Program-made: the position numbers and the translations under genes
The notes under the pieces: generated by a model
Databases searched by the model: none
The model's input: only the letters and a program-made list of their open reading frames with translations
Told to the model about the DNA's origin: nothing
In this document: positions 21,276 through 32,216 of the stretch, one piece after another
Numbering within the stretch: position 1 is the first letter of the stretch
How the letters are laid out: every line of letters starts with the position of its first letter
Source of the DNA: Candidatus Latescibacterota bacterium
GTDB lineage: Bacteria; Latescibacterota; UBA2968; UBA8231
Length of the DNA: 64,000 nt
Assembly (NCBI GenBank): GCA_965197905.1
Contig: CBDAOB010000003.1
Span: 864,001-928,000, forward strand
Direction of reading: 5' to 3'

Positions 21276-22325
21276 GTGGACGTGAACGGGATCGAACTGG
21301 ACAGTTTCGGCCATACCGGGGCCGGTGAGCAGGTCGAGCGTTTGACGCTGGAGAACGCCCTGGGCTCTAGGGTTCGGATCATTGCGCTGGGTGCGACCGT
21401 AACTGAGCTCCATGTGGCCGATCGCAACGGCATACTCACCGATCTCGTTCTGGGTTTCGATGCCGTCAAAGAATACGAGATAAACGAGCCGTACATGGGT
21501 TGCACGGTGGGCAGGGTGGCCAACCGGATCGCCAACGGCTGCTTCAACCTCGACGGCACCCTATATCAGCTCGCTCGGAATCTCGATCCCCACCACCTTC
21601 ACGGGGGTGCGGTCGGATTTCATCAACGGATCTGGGAGGCCGAGATACTGGAGCGGGAAAGTGGGCCGGCGGTGAGGTTCACCTACGTCAGTCCGGACGG
21701 GGAGGAAAATTACCCGGGCAGACTGCAGGTCCATGTAGTCTACTCACTTACGAATGCTAACGGACTGCGCATCGAATACGAGGCGAGCACCGACAAGGCC
21801 ACGCCCGTAAATCTCACCAATCACTCCTACTTCAACCTGGCGGGGTCGGGAGCCGGGACCATCCTCGATCACGAAATCACCGTTCACTCCGACTACGTCA
21901 CCGAGCGCGACCCAGACGGCGTACCTACCGGTCAAATCCTTGGGGTTGAAGGCACGCCCTTGGATTTCCGGGCGCCAAGGCGGATGGGCGCAAGAATTGC
22001 CGAGCTCGAATGTGGTTTCGACCACAACTACGTCTTTTCAAGCGGCAGTCGAGAGAATCCCTTATTCGTTGCGGAAGTGTATGATCCTGCTAGCGGGCGC
22101 GGAATGGAGGTGTGGACGACGGAACCGGGAATGCAGCTGTATTCCGGATCCTTTTTGAACGGTTACGAAGGCAAAGCGGGGGCGGTCTACGATCAGTTCA
22201 CCGGGTTCTGTTGCGAGACCCAGAATTTCCCGGATGCGGTTAACAAACCTCATTTTCCGGAGGTGATCTTGCGTCCCGGGAAGACCTACCGGCAGACTAC
22301 CGAGTACCGCTTCAAGACTGCATAG
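21276..22325 (+). CDS. galM: Aldose 1-epimerase (galactose mutarotase)
   Basis: GRVANRI, HLHGG, NLTNHSYFNL, FDHN, CCETQNFPD. Confidence 0.95.
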   Translation: MDVNGIELDSFGHTGAGEQVERLTLENALGSRVRIIALGATVTELHVADRNGILTDLVLGFDAVKEYEINEPYMGCTVGRVANRIANGCFNLDGTLYQLARNLDPHHLHGGAVGFHQRIWEAEILERESGPAVRFTYVSPDGEENYPGRLQVHVVYSLTNANGLRIEYEASTDKATPVNLTNHSYFNLAGSGAGTILDHEITVHSDYVTERDPDGVPTGQILGVEGTPLDFRAPRRMGARIAELECGFDHNYVFSSGSRENPLFVAEVYDPASGRGMEVWTTEPGMQLYSGSFLNGYEGKAGAVYDQFTGFCCETQNFPDAVNKPHFPEVILRPGKTYRQTTEYRFKTA

Positions 22326-22385
22326 ATGGATACCATAGCCCGGTTGCCATTGCGGCGATCGGGGTCCACCTGTCTCGGGTCATTC

Positions 22386-23033
22386 TCAGTCTCCAGCTGA
22401 ACCGGCTTCAATTTGGAGGCCGAACTCAGTGGACGAATGTTCGATCCACTGGAACAGATAATCCGCGAAGCTGCGGCGCACGACCAGCTGGAAGCATGGG
22501 TTGTCGCCATCATTGACCGCTGGAATCAACAACACGCTGGTCTTGCCTACGTTGGTCTGGGCGCATTGTCCAACGCCAAAGCCCCGAGGATCCAGGTCGA
22601 GCGTAGATCCCTTGGCTAGCAATTCGCGAACCCGAGGTCCACTTAGCTGGATCGTTGTGTAACCACCAGTCAGATCGGTAACGGCGACATGCAACTGCGT
22701 CGTCGCCAGCACAAGCGCCGCCATCAGTCCGGTCTGCCGATCGGGCGGAGTGATCACCATCCATTCGTCCGGACCCAACCAACATGCGGTTACGCCAGCT
22801 TGGGCTGGCTGCGCCGCCGGTGAGACGGTGTTGGGTTCCACCGGTAAGCCGATTCCAAGCGCGTCGCTCGCAGCATTCAAGAAGGCGTTTTCCCGCGGAT
22901 CGCCTCGAAGATTCAGATAGCCCGCGAAAGCGCGCTCGATCAGCACAATTGCTTCCTCGGATCTTGCGTTCGGACTGGAACAGGTGGCCAGAGCGGCAGC
23001 CAACGGGCTTTTCTGCGCGGGTCGTTCAGACAT
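22386..23033 (-). CDS. soxG: Sarcosine oxidase subunit gamma
   Basis: LNLRG, WLGPDEW, CAQT, VRRSFADY; last gene of soxBDAG. Confidence 0.92.
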   Translation of the reverse strand: MSERPAQKSPLAAALATCSSPNARSEEAIVLIERAFAGYLNLRGDPRENAFLNAASDALGIGLPVEPNTVSPAAQPAQAGVTACWLGPDEWMVITPPDRQTGLMAALVLATTQLHVAVTDLTGGYTTIQLSGPRVRELLAKGSTLDLDPRGFGVGQCAQTNVGKTSVLLIPAVNDGDNPCFQLVVRRSFADYLFQWIEHSSTEFGLQIEAGSAGD

Positions 23034-26031
23034 TCTGCCGCTCCCCATCGGGATCATAAAACACCGGGTTGGAAACGCGTGCTCTCACGGTGCCGCCGTC
23101 GAAATCCTGGACATAAACCGTATCGCCCATGCGACGGTGGCCTCCCTTGACCAGACCCAGTGCGATCGATCTTTCCAGAGTGGCGCTGAAGTAGGACGAA
23201 GTAACGTGTCCCAACATCGGTCGAGGCAGTGGCGCCTGCGGATCATCGACGATCTGGCCCCCTTCGGGTAGCACCGTTTGCGGATTTTCAGTGAGCAAGC
23301 CGACGAACTGTTTGCGATCGGGTTGGGAGATGTAGGAGCGGGAAAGGGAGCGTTTGCCGAGAAAGTCCTTGTTCTTAGCCACCATACGGTCCATTCCCAA
23401 GTCGATAGGGGTCACCGAGCCGTCCGTGTCCTGCCCGACGATGACGTATCCCTTTTCGGCACGCAGCACGTGCATCGCTTCGGTGCCGAATGGGGTGATC
23501 TGGAATTCCCGGCCTGCGTCCATCACCGCTTCCCACACATGGCGTCCCAGGTTGGCGTTCACATTGATCTCGTAGGTCAGTTCTCCCGTAAAGCTTATTC
23601 GAAAAATCCGGGCCGCGACGCCGGCAACGGTGCCGTCGCGCACACTCATGAAAGGGAAACTTGCGTTGGAAAGGTCCAGGTCGGAACAAATCTTTTGCAG
23701 AGCCTTGCGTGCATTCGGCCCGCAGAGGGAGATGGTTGCCCAATGATCTGTGACCGAGGTCAGAAACAGGTCGAGATCGGGCCATTCAGTCTGCAGCCAC
23801 AGTTCGAGCCAGGACATGATGCGAGCGGCCCCACCGGAGGTGGTATGCATCAGATATCGATGCTCGCCAAGTCTGGCCGTCACTCCATCATCGATGACCA
23901 TGCCGTTCTCGTCCAGCATCAAGCCGTAACGGCAGCGTCCTACAGGCAGCTTCAGAAACGGGTTGGTGTATACCCGGTTTAGAAAGCGAGATGCGTCCGG
24001 TCCCTGGATATCGATCTTGCCCAGGGTGGAGGCATCGAGAATACCGATGCTCGCCCGCGCCGCCTTACACTCCCGATTGACCGCGTCTTCCATCGACTCG
24101 GCTCCGCGGGGGAAGTACCAGGGCCGCTTCCACTGACCCACATCCTCGAAAAGCGCACCCTGGTCCACGTGCCAGGAATGAATGGCCGTCTTGCGAACCG
24201 GATCGAACAGGTCGCCCTGCTCGCCCCCCGACATGGCGCCATAAGTCACAGGGGTGTACATCGGCCGGTAGGTGGTGGTTCCGACCGATCCGGGATCGGT
24301 CTGCCCGTGGTCCGCGAGTACCCCGATCGCGTTGACGTTACCCAGCTTCCCCTGATCGGTGCCCATGCCGAGGGTCGTGTAGCGCTTTACATGTTCGATT
24401 GATTGGTACCCTTCGCGCGCGGAGATGAGAAGGTCGGCAGCGGTTATGTCCATCTGCAGATCGACGAACTGTTTCGGAGCTCGACTGACTGGTTTCTTTC
24501 CGGGAACGACCCACAACGCGCGAATCGAATCCGCGCTTGCAAGCTCGGTGGATGGCACGATCCCGGTCATGGAGCCGTCACCGAATCCCGACAGCGCCGC
24601 CGCCTCCGCGCCGGCGGCAAAACCTTCGGCCATGCAGGCAGTCGTCTCGAAAGTGCCGTTGCAAGCACCTGCAGAGCGTTCGGCTTGCACCGGATCTCCG
24701 GGCAGGAAACAGGCTCTTTCTTCGTCGTAGCGTGGATTCCCTCTCGACTGGGCATGCAACTGGACGTTCGGATTCCAACCACCCGAAACCGCCAACAGGT
24801 CACATTGAATGGAGGTGGACTTGCCAGCCAGGAATTGTCCGTCGGCACCCAGGGCGCCGGCACGAACAGCGCGAATCCGTTTCGTTCCGAGGACATCGAA
24901 GACGACGTATTTGTCCAGGACCTCTATCCGTCGTTCGCCTGCGGTCCGTGCCAACTCCCCAGCGGGACGCGGATCGACGATGGAGGCGATCTCAATCCCC
25001 GCTTCCTGTAGTTTGAACGCCACCGCGTAAGCACTGTCGTTGTTGGTGAACACCACCGCCCGCGAGCCCGGTAGCGCAGCGTAGCGAGACAAGTATTCGC
25101 CAGCGGCCGCCGCCAGCATGACTCCTGGCCGGTCGTTGTTGGAAAAGACCAAAGGCCGTTCGATGGCGCCGGCCGCGAGCACCACCTGTTTCGCACGCAA
25201 TCGCCACAGCCGTTGACGGGCACCCTCGCCAAGGCCAGGCCCCAGGTGGTCGGTGCGGCGTTCCAGCGCCAGGAGGAAATTGTGTTCGTAATAACCGGAC
25301 CCCGTCGTGCGGGTCAAAAGCTGTACTTGTGGAAACGAACGTAGCTCTCGAACAGTCGCTTCTACCCACGTGACTGCAGATTTTCCTTCAATCACCTCCG
25401 AGCTGGCCAGCAAACTCCCGCCCGGTTCCGACCGCTCGTCTACGAGAATGACCCGCGCGTCCGCCCGGGCTGCTTCCAGCGCCGCGCTCAATCCGGCGGG
25501 GCCGCCGCCCACGACCAGGACATCGCAATGGGCGTTCATGAGATCATAGTTGTCCTGATCCGGACCGTCAGGAGCGACTCCAAAACCGGCGGCCTTGCGA
25601 ATCTGGTGTTCGTAAAAGCGCCACCATCCCGCTGGCCACATGAAGGTCTTGTAGTAGAATCCGGGAGGCATGAAGCGGGCGAACCAGCCGTGGACCGATC
25701 GCCAATCGAACTCCACGTTGGGTGAAACATTCACGCTGCGCGCCGTAAGACCGTCATACAATTCCACCTGAGTGGCGATCAGGTTGGGCGAGCTTGCAGA
25801 GCCTTCACCTACCTGGACGATGGCATTGGGGTCTTCGGAGCCGGCGGCGACGATGCCCCGGGGCCGGTGATACTTTAAACTGCGCGCGACCAGGTGAACC
25901 CCGTTGGCGATCAAGGCGGACGCCAAGGTATCTCCCTGAAATCCCATCAGCGTGCGGCCATTGAACGAAAATCGAAGCGGTTTGTCGCGGTCGATGCGGC
26001 CTCCACTGTCGTGACGGAATCTCTGCTTCAC
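23026..26031 (-). CDS. soxA: Sarcosine oxidase subunit alpha
   Basis: GDTLASAL..SLKYHRPRG, GGGPAGL, KRYTTLGMGTDQGK, GcvT-like C-terminal domain. Confidence 0.97.
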   Translation of the reverse strand: MKQRFRHDSGGRIDRDKPLRFSFNGRTLMGFQGDTLASALIANGVHLVARSLKYHRPRGIVAAGSEDPNAIVQVGEGSASSPNLIATQVELYDGLTARSVNVSPNVEFDWRSVHGWFARFMPPGFYYKTFMWPAGWWRFYEHQIRKAAGFGVAPDGPDQDNYDLMNAHCDVLVVGGGPAGLSAALEAARADARVILVDERSEPGGSLLASSEVIEGKSAVTWVEATVRELRSFPQVQLLTRTTGSGYYEHNFLLALERRTDHLGPGLGEGARQRLWRLRAKQVVLAAGAIERPLVFSNNDRPGVMLAAAAGEYLSRYAALPGSRAVVFTNNDSAYAVAFKLQEAGIEIASIVDPRPAGELARTAGERRIEVLDKYVVFDVLGTKRIRAVRAGALGADGQFLAGKSTSIQCDLLAVSGGWNPNVQLHAQSRGNPRYDEERACFLPGDPVQAERSAGACNGTFETTACMAEGFAAGAEAAALSGFGDGSMTGIVPSTELASADSIRALWVVPGKKPVSRAPKQFVDLQMDITAADLLISAREGYQSIEHVKRYTTLGMGTDQGKLGNVNAIGVLADHGQTDPGSVGTTTYRPMYTPVTYGAMSGGEQGDLFDPVRKTAIHSWHVDQGALFEDVGQWKRPWYFPRGAESMEDAVNRECKAARASIGILDASTLGKIDIQGPDASRFLNRVYTNPFLKLPVGRCRYGLMLDENGMVIDDGVTARLGEHRYLMHTTSGGAARIMSWLELWLQTEWPDLDLFLTSVTDHWATISLCGPNARKALQKICSDLDLSNASFPFMSVRDGTVAGVAARIFRISFTGELTYEINVNANLGRHVWEAVMDAGREFQITPFGTEAMHVLRAEKGYVIVGQDTDGSVTPIDLGMDRMVAKNKDFLGKRSLSRSYISQPDRKQFVGLLTENPQTVLPEGGQIVDDPQAPLPRPMLGHVTSSYFSATLERSIALGLVKGGHRRMGDTVYVQDFDGGTVRARVSNPVFYDPDGERQNV

Positions 26032-26309
26032 TTCCCGTCCCCTGGAGATTGTTCACCAACCTTGTAGACCGACTTGATCTGGTAGGTCACCGTGTCCCGT
26101 TCGACATTGAAATAACGCCGGCAGCCGGAGCTGTGGTTCCACTGTTCCAGGTGCCGACCGCGACTATTGCGGCGGTAGAACAAATAGTCGGCCCACTCTT
26201 CGTCCGAGAGGGTCGCCGGTTTCGCTGGCCGGGTGATGTGGGCTTCCCCCGAATAGGTGAATTCGGATTCGTCGCGGGCGCCGCAGAAGGGGCATTCAAT
26301 CAGGAGCAC
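26028..26309 (-). CDS. soxD: Sarcosine oxidase subunit delta
   Basis: MLLIECPFCG.RDE.EF, WNH..GCRRYFN..RDTVT. Confidence 0.97.
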   Translation of the reverse strand: MLLIECPFCGARDESEFTYSGEAHITRPAKPATLSDEEWADYLFYRRNSRGRHLEQWNHSSGCRRYFNVERDTVTYQIKSVYKVGEQSPGDGK

Positions 26310-26321
26310 GAAATCACTTCC

Positions 26322-27572
26322 CTAATGAGCGACGCCGGCTGCACCGTGCTCGTCGATAAGGTGGCCAGTTGTGAAACGTTCCAGGGCGAACGGTTCGTTG
26401 AGAGGATGGGGTTTGTCATGGGCAATGGTGTGGGCGAACACCCAGCCGGACCCCGGAGTCGACTTTAATCCACCGGTGCCCCAGCCACAGTTGAAGTAGA
26501 GCCCTTTCAACGGCGTTGGGCCTATGATAGGGCAGGCGTCGGGGCAGGTGTCGACGGTGCCGCCCCATTGTCTGAGCATGCGCACCCTGCTGAAGGTAGG
26601 GAACATCTCGAGAATGGCACTGATGGCATGTTCCAGCGTCGCGGGACTTCCGCGCTGGGCATATCCGTTGTAGGAGTCGACGCCGGCGCCACACAGCAGC
26701 TCTCCGCGGTCAGTCTGGCTGAGGTACGCGTGCACCGCGTTCGACATGATAACCACATCGAGAACCGGTTTGATCGGCTCAGAAACCCATGCTTGTAGAG
26801 GCCGGCTTTCCAACGGGAGGCGAAGATCGGCCATGGAGGCGAGCACGCCGGAGTTTCCCGCCGTGACGCACCCGATCTTGTTGCTGCCAATAAATCCGCG
26901 ATTGGTTTCGATTCCGGTGACGGTTCCGTTTTGCCGACGAAAGCCGGTTACCTCGCAATTCTGGATGATGTCGATACCAAGCGCATCGGCAGCGCGGGCG
27001 AATCCCCACGCGAGGGCGTCGTGGCGCGCGGTGCCGCCTCTACGTTGGAGTGACGCGCCGAGAATCGGATACCGCGCCGAAGGCGAGATGTCGATGGCTG
27101 GCACCATTTCCTTGATCTGTTCGGCGGTGACGAATTCGCTGTCGATACCGTTGAGGTTGTTGGCGTTCACCCGCCGCCGGATATCGCGGATATCCTGCAG
27201 ATTGTGACCCAGGCTGAGCAGTCCGCGCTGACTGAACATCAGATTGAAGTTCAGATCCTGAGTGAGGCCCTCCCACAGCTTGAGGGAGAATTCGTAGAGG
27301 TGGGCTGACTCGTCCCAGAGGTAGTTGGAGCGCACGATCTCGGTATTGCGTCCGGTGTTACCACCTCCCACGAAACTCTTCTCTACCACCGCTACATTGG
27401 TTATCTGGTGCACACTTGCCAGGTAGTAGGCGGTGGCGAGGCCGTGACCACCGCCGCCCACGATTATTACGTCGTAGGATGATTTGGGTTCGGCACTGCG
27501 CCAGGCTCGCTGCCAGTTTTCGTGCCAGCTGAATGCGTTTCGGGCGAGGGAGAGAAAGGAGTATTTCTGCAT
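26322..27572 (-). CDS. soxB: Sarcosine oxidase subunit beta
   Basis: Start MQKYSFLSL; GGGGHGLATAYYLA, GGNTGRNT, ARHDA, IDEHGAAGVAH. Confidence 0.97.
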   Translation of the reverse strand: MQKYSFLSLARNAFSWHENWQRAWRSAEPKSSYDVIIVGGGGHGLATAYYLASVHQITNVAVVEKSFVGGGNTGRNTEIVRSNYLWDESAHLYEFSLKLWEGLTQDLNFNLMFSQRGLLSLGHNLQDIRDIRRRVNANNLNGIDSEFVTAEQIKEMVPAIDISPSARYPILGASLQRRGGTARHDALAWGFARAADALGIDIIQNCEVTGFRRQNGTVTGIETNRGFIGSNKIGCVTAGNSGVLASMADLRLPLESRPLQAWVSEPIKPVLDVVIMSNAVHAYLSQTDRGELLCGAGVDSYNGYAQRGSPATLEHAISAILEMFPTFSRVRMLRQWGGTVDTCPDACPIIGPTPLKGLYFNCGWGTGGLKSTPGSGWVFAHTIAHDKPHPLNEPFALERFTTGHLIDEHGAAGVAH

Positions 27573-27678
27573 GCGAGAAGCTGTCGGCCGCGGTTTGGTG
27601 TAGTCCGCGAAAACATGGCGTATACTATAGGCCACGGTCGGTATCTGATCCAGCACCCAGAGCGTCAAGGAGGATGAA

Positions 27679-28605
27679 ATGCAGTTTAGACAGTTGGGAA
27701 AGGACGGTCCTCGAATCCCGGTGATCGGTCTCGGCGCCTGGCCTCTCGGGGACGGCATGGGCAACCTGGACGAAAAGGCGATTGTCGACACGGTTCGCAC
27801 TGCGATCGACAGCGGCGTGACCCTGATCGACACCGCCCAGCTCTACCGCAGCAGCGAGGGTCGATTGGGCAAGGCCTTAAGAGACGGATATCGCCAACGC
27901 TGCTTTCTGGCCACCAAGGCCAGCGACGACTATTCGCGGCAGGGCATCATCGCCGCCATGGAGAGCAGCCTCACCCAACTTGGCGTGGATTGCGTCGATC
28001 TCTACCAGATACACGGATGGGATCCCAAGTATCCGATTGACCAGAGCATGGAGACCATGGCTCGACTCCAGGAGGAGGGCAAAACCCGCTACATCGGAGT
28101 TTCAAATTTCACCGCAGAACAGATGCAGCAGGCCGCTGAGACGGCGTCGTTTCACTCCAGCCAGCCGCGTTACAATATTATCGATCGACAGATTGAAGCG
28201 GAGGACATTCCGTTTTGCGAGCGGGCCGGCATCGGAATCCTGGGCCACAGTCCGCTGGCCAAAGGGTTGCTCAGCGGACGTTACAAACCGGACGACACGT
28301 TTTCTGAGGATGACGAACGTTTCGAGCGCCCGCGTTTCAAAGGCGAGGCGTTTGCCCGCTTTCTAGCCGTGGCCGCCGGGTGCAAGGAGGTTGCCGATGC
28401 CAAGGGCATCACGCCGGTGCAGCTGGCCATCGCCTGGATCCTGAGATTACCGGCAATAACCTGTGTGCTGGTCGGTGCCAAGAATCCGGGTCAGGTGAAG
28501 GATCATCTGGGGGCGGTAGGAGTGGAGTTCAGCGACGAAGAGCTAAACCATATCGATGCTGCGCGCGCGATATTGCCAGCGGAAACGCTGAATCAGTATC
28601 CGTGA
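27679..28605 (+). CDS. Aldo/keto reductase
   Basis: IDTAQLY, ATK, DLYQIH, IGVSNF, SPLAKGLL; AGGAGG RBS. Confidence 0.93.
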   Translation: MQFRQLGKDGPRIPVIGLGAWPLGDGMGNLDEKAIVDTVRTAIDSGVTLIDTAQLYRSSEGRLGKALRDGYRQRCFLATKASDDYSRQGIIAAMESSLTQLGVDCVDLYQIHGWDPKYPIDQSMETMARLQEEGKTRYIGVSNFTAEQMQQAAETASFHSSQPRYNIIDRQIEAEDIPFCERAGIGILGHSPLAKGLLSGRYKPDDTFSEDDERFERPRFKGEAFARFLAVAAGCKEVADAKGITPVQLAIAWILRLPAITCVLVGAKNPGQVKDHLGAVGVEFSDEELNHIDAARAILPAETLNQYP

Positions 28606-28638
28606 TGCGGGATTCTGCGATGGCGACGCGATAGGTTC

Positions 28639-29301
28639 TCAAATGGCAGCCAGCGCTTCTTCTAGCGAAACCTCGCGAAACGACTGAGCGGGAAGGCCAT
28701 CCAAGGCTAGCGCGTCTTCCCAAAAGGTCCGTCGCTCTGGGCTCTCCGACAGCTCGACTGATCCCAGAACCTTTCGCACCCAGTCACTTAACTCCGGTTT
28801 CTCACAGGTTATCGTCAAATCCGGATCTACAACCACCCCGGAAGTCGAGTAGAGGTAACAGCGGTGGATATTGCGCCGAGCGCTTTCGAGACCAACCGGT
28901 TCGATGGTCACCTCGCCTGTGCGGTCTTCGGGTACGAGCAGAATGTTCACAGCACGGTCGGTTACGGCGGCGGCCCTTTCGTCCTGACTACCGCTGATGA
29001 ACACGTTCTTATGGTGAGGCCACACATCGAACATACCGTAGTTGGCGACCGGCTGTTGCAGCTGAAACGTGAAGAAGTCGGGATAGGCGAAGAACTCCAC
29101 CTCCCTTTCGCGATACCTGTCGTAAAACGCGGTGACGTAGGCCATGATCAAGGTGGCTGCCCCGATGACACTGAAGCGATCAGGAGAGAGTACGCCCAGT
29201 CGTTCCGTGCTTCGAAAGTCGGTAAAGTATTCGGCGTGGGGCAGCTGTTTGCCCCCGTAGTTGAGGCTGAAATCAGTGCCCCTTAGGAAGCTGCTGTGCA
29301 T
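28639..29301 (-). CDS. Hypothetical protein
   Basis: AAGGAG-like RBS region upstream; protein-like composition (MHSS...FFAYPDFFTFQ); no family recognised. Confidence 0.65.
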   Translation of the reverse strand: MHSSFLRGTDFSLNYGGKQLPHAEYFTDFRSTERLGVLSPDRFSVIGAATLIMAYVTAFYDRYREREVEFFAYPDFFTFQLQQPVANYGMFDVWPHHKNVFISGSQDERAAAVTDRAVNILLVPEDRTGEVTIEPVGLESARRNIHRCYLYSTSGVVVDPDLTITCEKPELSDWVRKVLGSVELSESPERRTFWEDALALDGLPAQSFREVSLEEALAAI

Positions 29302-29510
29302 TTGGACATCGCTTTCGGAAGGAGAAACCTGCGCATGGTGAATCCATGTCAGATAATAACCAGAGGAAGTGGCGATGGCCACTATTCAGTCGCCTTTGCT
29401 CACCCGAATCGAGGTCCGCATCCACCGTCCGGTGCTGGATGCCCTCCTCGTATTTCCTATACTCTGTTCCTTCGCAATTTCTCGGCGCTAAATATTGCTC
29501 GGAGGTCTCC

Positions 29511-30521
29511 ATGTCCTGGCCCATCGAACACTTTCACTACATGCCCGGCTCATCCAGCTTTATCGAGATGATGCCTGGGGCCATGAAGGCAATGACCCAA
29601 TGCGCTGGACTACAACCGGGTGAGAACGTGACCATCGCCTGCGACACCAATAAGATGCGGTTGGCCGAAGCCCTGGCGGCAGCCGCGTACGCCGCCGGCG
29701 GCATTCCAACGATTGCCGCTTTCCCCCCAACCGGGGCCCACGGTGCCCAGGTACCGGCGCCGGTGGTAGGGGCATGCGCCCGCTGCGACGTCTTCTTCCT
29801 TCCCACGAGCTGGTCGATGACCCACACCGATGCGCGCACTGAAGCGACCAAGAACGGAGCGCGCGGTGCCACCATGTGCGAGGTGACAGAAGACTGCCTG
29901 TGCACCGGTGGAATTCTCGGAGATTACGAAGAGAACGATCGGCGAGGTCGCCGGCTCGGCGCCGTTATGGCCACCGGTAAGACGATTCGTATGACGTCGA
30001 CAGGTGGAACGGATCTATCGGGCAAAATCGAGGATCGTCCCGTCCAGTACGAAACCGGCCTGTTCCGTGAGCCGGGACAGTTTGGCGCGTTGCCCAACAG
30101 CGAGCTCAACATCTCGCCCTTCGAAGGAACTACCGAGGGCGTAATCGTCGGCAACGTGCGCCTCATGGGATTCGGCATCCTGCGTGAGGAATCGATTACC
30201 GTCGAAGTGGAAAAAGGGGTTGTGACGTGGGCGACGGGAGGGGCGGCGGCGGATTACCTGAACACCACACTGAAATCGTTCGGCGACGATTCCGCCTACA
30301 ATCTCGCCGAGTTCGGTTTGGGTCTCAATCCCGCCAGTCGTGCTTACGCCACCAACCTGGAAGATCTGGGTAAACTCGGTTTCGGCCACCACGGCATTGG
30401 CAGTAACTATGCTATTGGCGGCAGTGTCAAAGCGCCGTGCCACATCGACGTCATTTACTCGGATGCGACCGTGGAGATCGACGGCAAGGTTATTCTGGAC
30501 CGGGGTGTGACAACGGTTTAG
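29511..30521 (+). CDS. Aminopeptidase T-like (M29 / leucyl aminopeptidase-like) metallohydrolase
   Basis: GGAGG RBS; PGENVTI..D, GTDL, AEFGLGLNP, GIGSN..IGG...PCHID. Confidence 0.8.
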   Translation: MSWPIEHFHYMPGSSSFIEMMPGAMKAMTQCAGLQPGENVTIACDTNKMRLAEALAAAAYAAGGIPTIAAFPPTGAHGAQVPAPVVGACARCDVFFLPTSWSMTHTDARTEATKNGARGATMCEVTEDCLCTGGILGDYEENDRRGRRLGAVMATGKTIRMTSTGGTDLSGKIEDRPVQYETGLFREPGQFGALPNSELNISPFEGTTEGVIVGNVRLMGFGILREESITVEVEKGVVTWATGGAAADYLNTTLKSFGDDSAYNLAEFGLGLNPASRAYATNLEDLGKLGFGHHGIGSNYAIGGSVKAPCHIDVIYSDATVEIDGKVILDRGVTTV

Positions 30522-30556
30522 ACGGTATCCTCTAGGAGTATTCAGGAGATCTTCAT

Positions 30557-31447
30557 ATGGCAAGAGTTGGACTCATCGGCGCTGGCGACATGGGTCTGGA
30601 AATGGCAAAAAACCTGCTAAGCGCGAGTCACGAGCTGTCGGTTTATGATCCCCGCACCGAACCGCTTAAGGAGCTCGAGAAGCAGGGCGCGAGGATCGCC
30701 ACGTCGCCGCGAGACGTTGGAGAGCAGTCGGCCTACGTGTTTCTCATGGTGTTGACGGGAGAACAGGCCCTGGACGCTACCACAGGCAAGGACGGATTGT
30801 TCGAAGGTTTTCAAGCGGATAGCACAGTCATCTGCACGGCGACCATCGGGCAGCCGATCATGGCGGAGATCGCCGTGGCGGCAAAGGCGCGGGACGTTCA
30901 CGTGCTCGATTCGCCGGTGAGTGGCAGCACTCCAAGGGCAAAAGAAGGTACACTGACCCTGATGCCCTCCGGTGAGAAGCAGATTTTTGAGCGATGTCTG
31001 CCGATTCTGGAGGCTGTCGGCAAGGATATCATCTACGTGGGGCCGGAGCCGGGTTTGGGACAGACGGCGAAAACCGCGCTGCAGGTCCTGGTGGGAGCCA
31101 CCTTTGCCGGGGCATGCGAAGCGCTTGTGCTCGGGGTCAAGGCCGGCATAGAGGCCGAATCGTTGTCTCAAGTCCTCTGCCCCAGCATTGCCGGCAGCTT
31201 GCTAGTGGAGATCGTGACCGAAAACGTCATGAAGCGAAACTTCACGGCCGGCAGCAAGATCGCCACGACCTACAAGGATCTGGGACTGGCCAACGATCTG
31301 GCCAAGGAGCTGGGTGTTCCGATGTTCGTCACCGGAGCCGTGCACGAGCTGTTCCAGGCGGGTATCGCCATGAATCCGGATGAAGACAACCACACCATCA
31401 TCAAGCTTCTGGAACAGGTGGCAGGGGTCGAAGTGAAGGGCCGTTGA
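30557..31447 (+). CDS. NAD(P)-dependent beta-hydroxyacid dehydrogenase (3-hydroxyisobutyrate / tartronate semialdehyde reductase family)
   Basis: GLIGAGDMG, DSPVSG, AK, KDLGLA. Confidence 0.9.
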   Translation: MARVGLIGAGDMGLEMAKNLLSASHELSVYDPRTEPLKELEKQGARIATSPRDVGEQSAYVFLMVLTGEQALDATTGKDGLFEGFQADSTVICTATIGQPIMAEIAVAAKARDVHVLDSPVSGSTPRAKEGTLTLMPSGEKQIFERCLPILEAVGKDIIYVGPEPGLGQTAKTALQVLVGATFAGACEALVLGVKAGIEAESLSQVLCPSIAGSLLVEIVTENVMKRNFTAGSKIATTYKDLGLANDLAKELGVPMFVTGAVHELFQAGIAMNPDEDNHTIIKLLEQVAGVEVKGR

Positions 31448-31580
31448 ACTCGACCAGATTCCCTAGCAGCCGGTTTCTTCACCGAGGAGCGGCTGGCAGG
31501 CTGCCGCGAGAATCCCTCAACCGTACACAACCGAGCAAGTCTTTTCGACATTGGCAGTTGAACTTCACTGGGAGATCGAG

Positions 31581-32192
31581 ATGAGCAGGATCCAGGTATT
31601 AATGGCCGCGCTGACTTTGTTGCTGGTGCAAACGGCGGGAGCGTTGGATGGCCGACGCCAGGGTTTCTTCTACCAGGTCGGTATTGGCGGCGGAACGACA
31701 TCTGCCGATCAGGAGTGGACCGTTCTGGACACGGACTTCGAACTGGACGACAGCGCCGGCGGTATAGCGTTCGATCTCAAAATCGGTTATGGGATTACCA
31801 GCAAACTCTTGCTCTCATACTCGATAAACGTGGGAAGCGCAGACCTTGAAACCATCGATGGGCAGATAACCGGATTTTCCAAGAGCAAAGAAACGGCGTC
31901 GTTTGGGGCAGGGGGAGTTGGCTTAACCTACTTCGTTAAGGATGCCGCACCTTCGCTGTTCGTCGATTTGGCGATAGGTGTTTCCACCTGGGATGATGGA
32001 GATGGCAACGAATTCAGCGGTGGGGGTGCTTCCGTCGGCGCCGGGTACGAGTTCAAAAAGAACTGGACCGTTGAAGCGGACTACAGCCTCGGCAGTCCCA
32101 GTGAGGACAAGTCGCTGTTCGGAGAGAAGGTTCTCGAAGCGGAGGTGACCGGCGCCACCCTCGGGATCACGATCAATCATATCTGGTACTGA
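31581..32192 (+). CDS. Outer membrane beta-barrel protein
   Basis: Signal peptide, alternating beta-strands, GAGYEF, terminal aromatic residue (IWY). Confidence 0.75.
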   Translation: MSRIQVLMAALTLLLVQTAGALDGRRQGFFYQVGIGGGTTSADQEWTVLDTDFELDDSAGGIAFDLKIGYGITSKLLLSYSINVGSADLETIDGQITGFSKSKETASFGAGGVGLTYFVKDAAPSLFVDLAIGVSTWDDGDGNEFSGGGASVGAGYEFKKNWTVEADYSLGSPSEDKSLFGEKVLEAEVTGATLGITINHIWY

Positions 32193-32216
32193 TTTCCGCC
32201 GACCTGAGGATACCAC

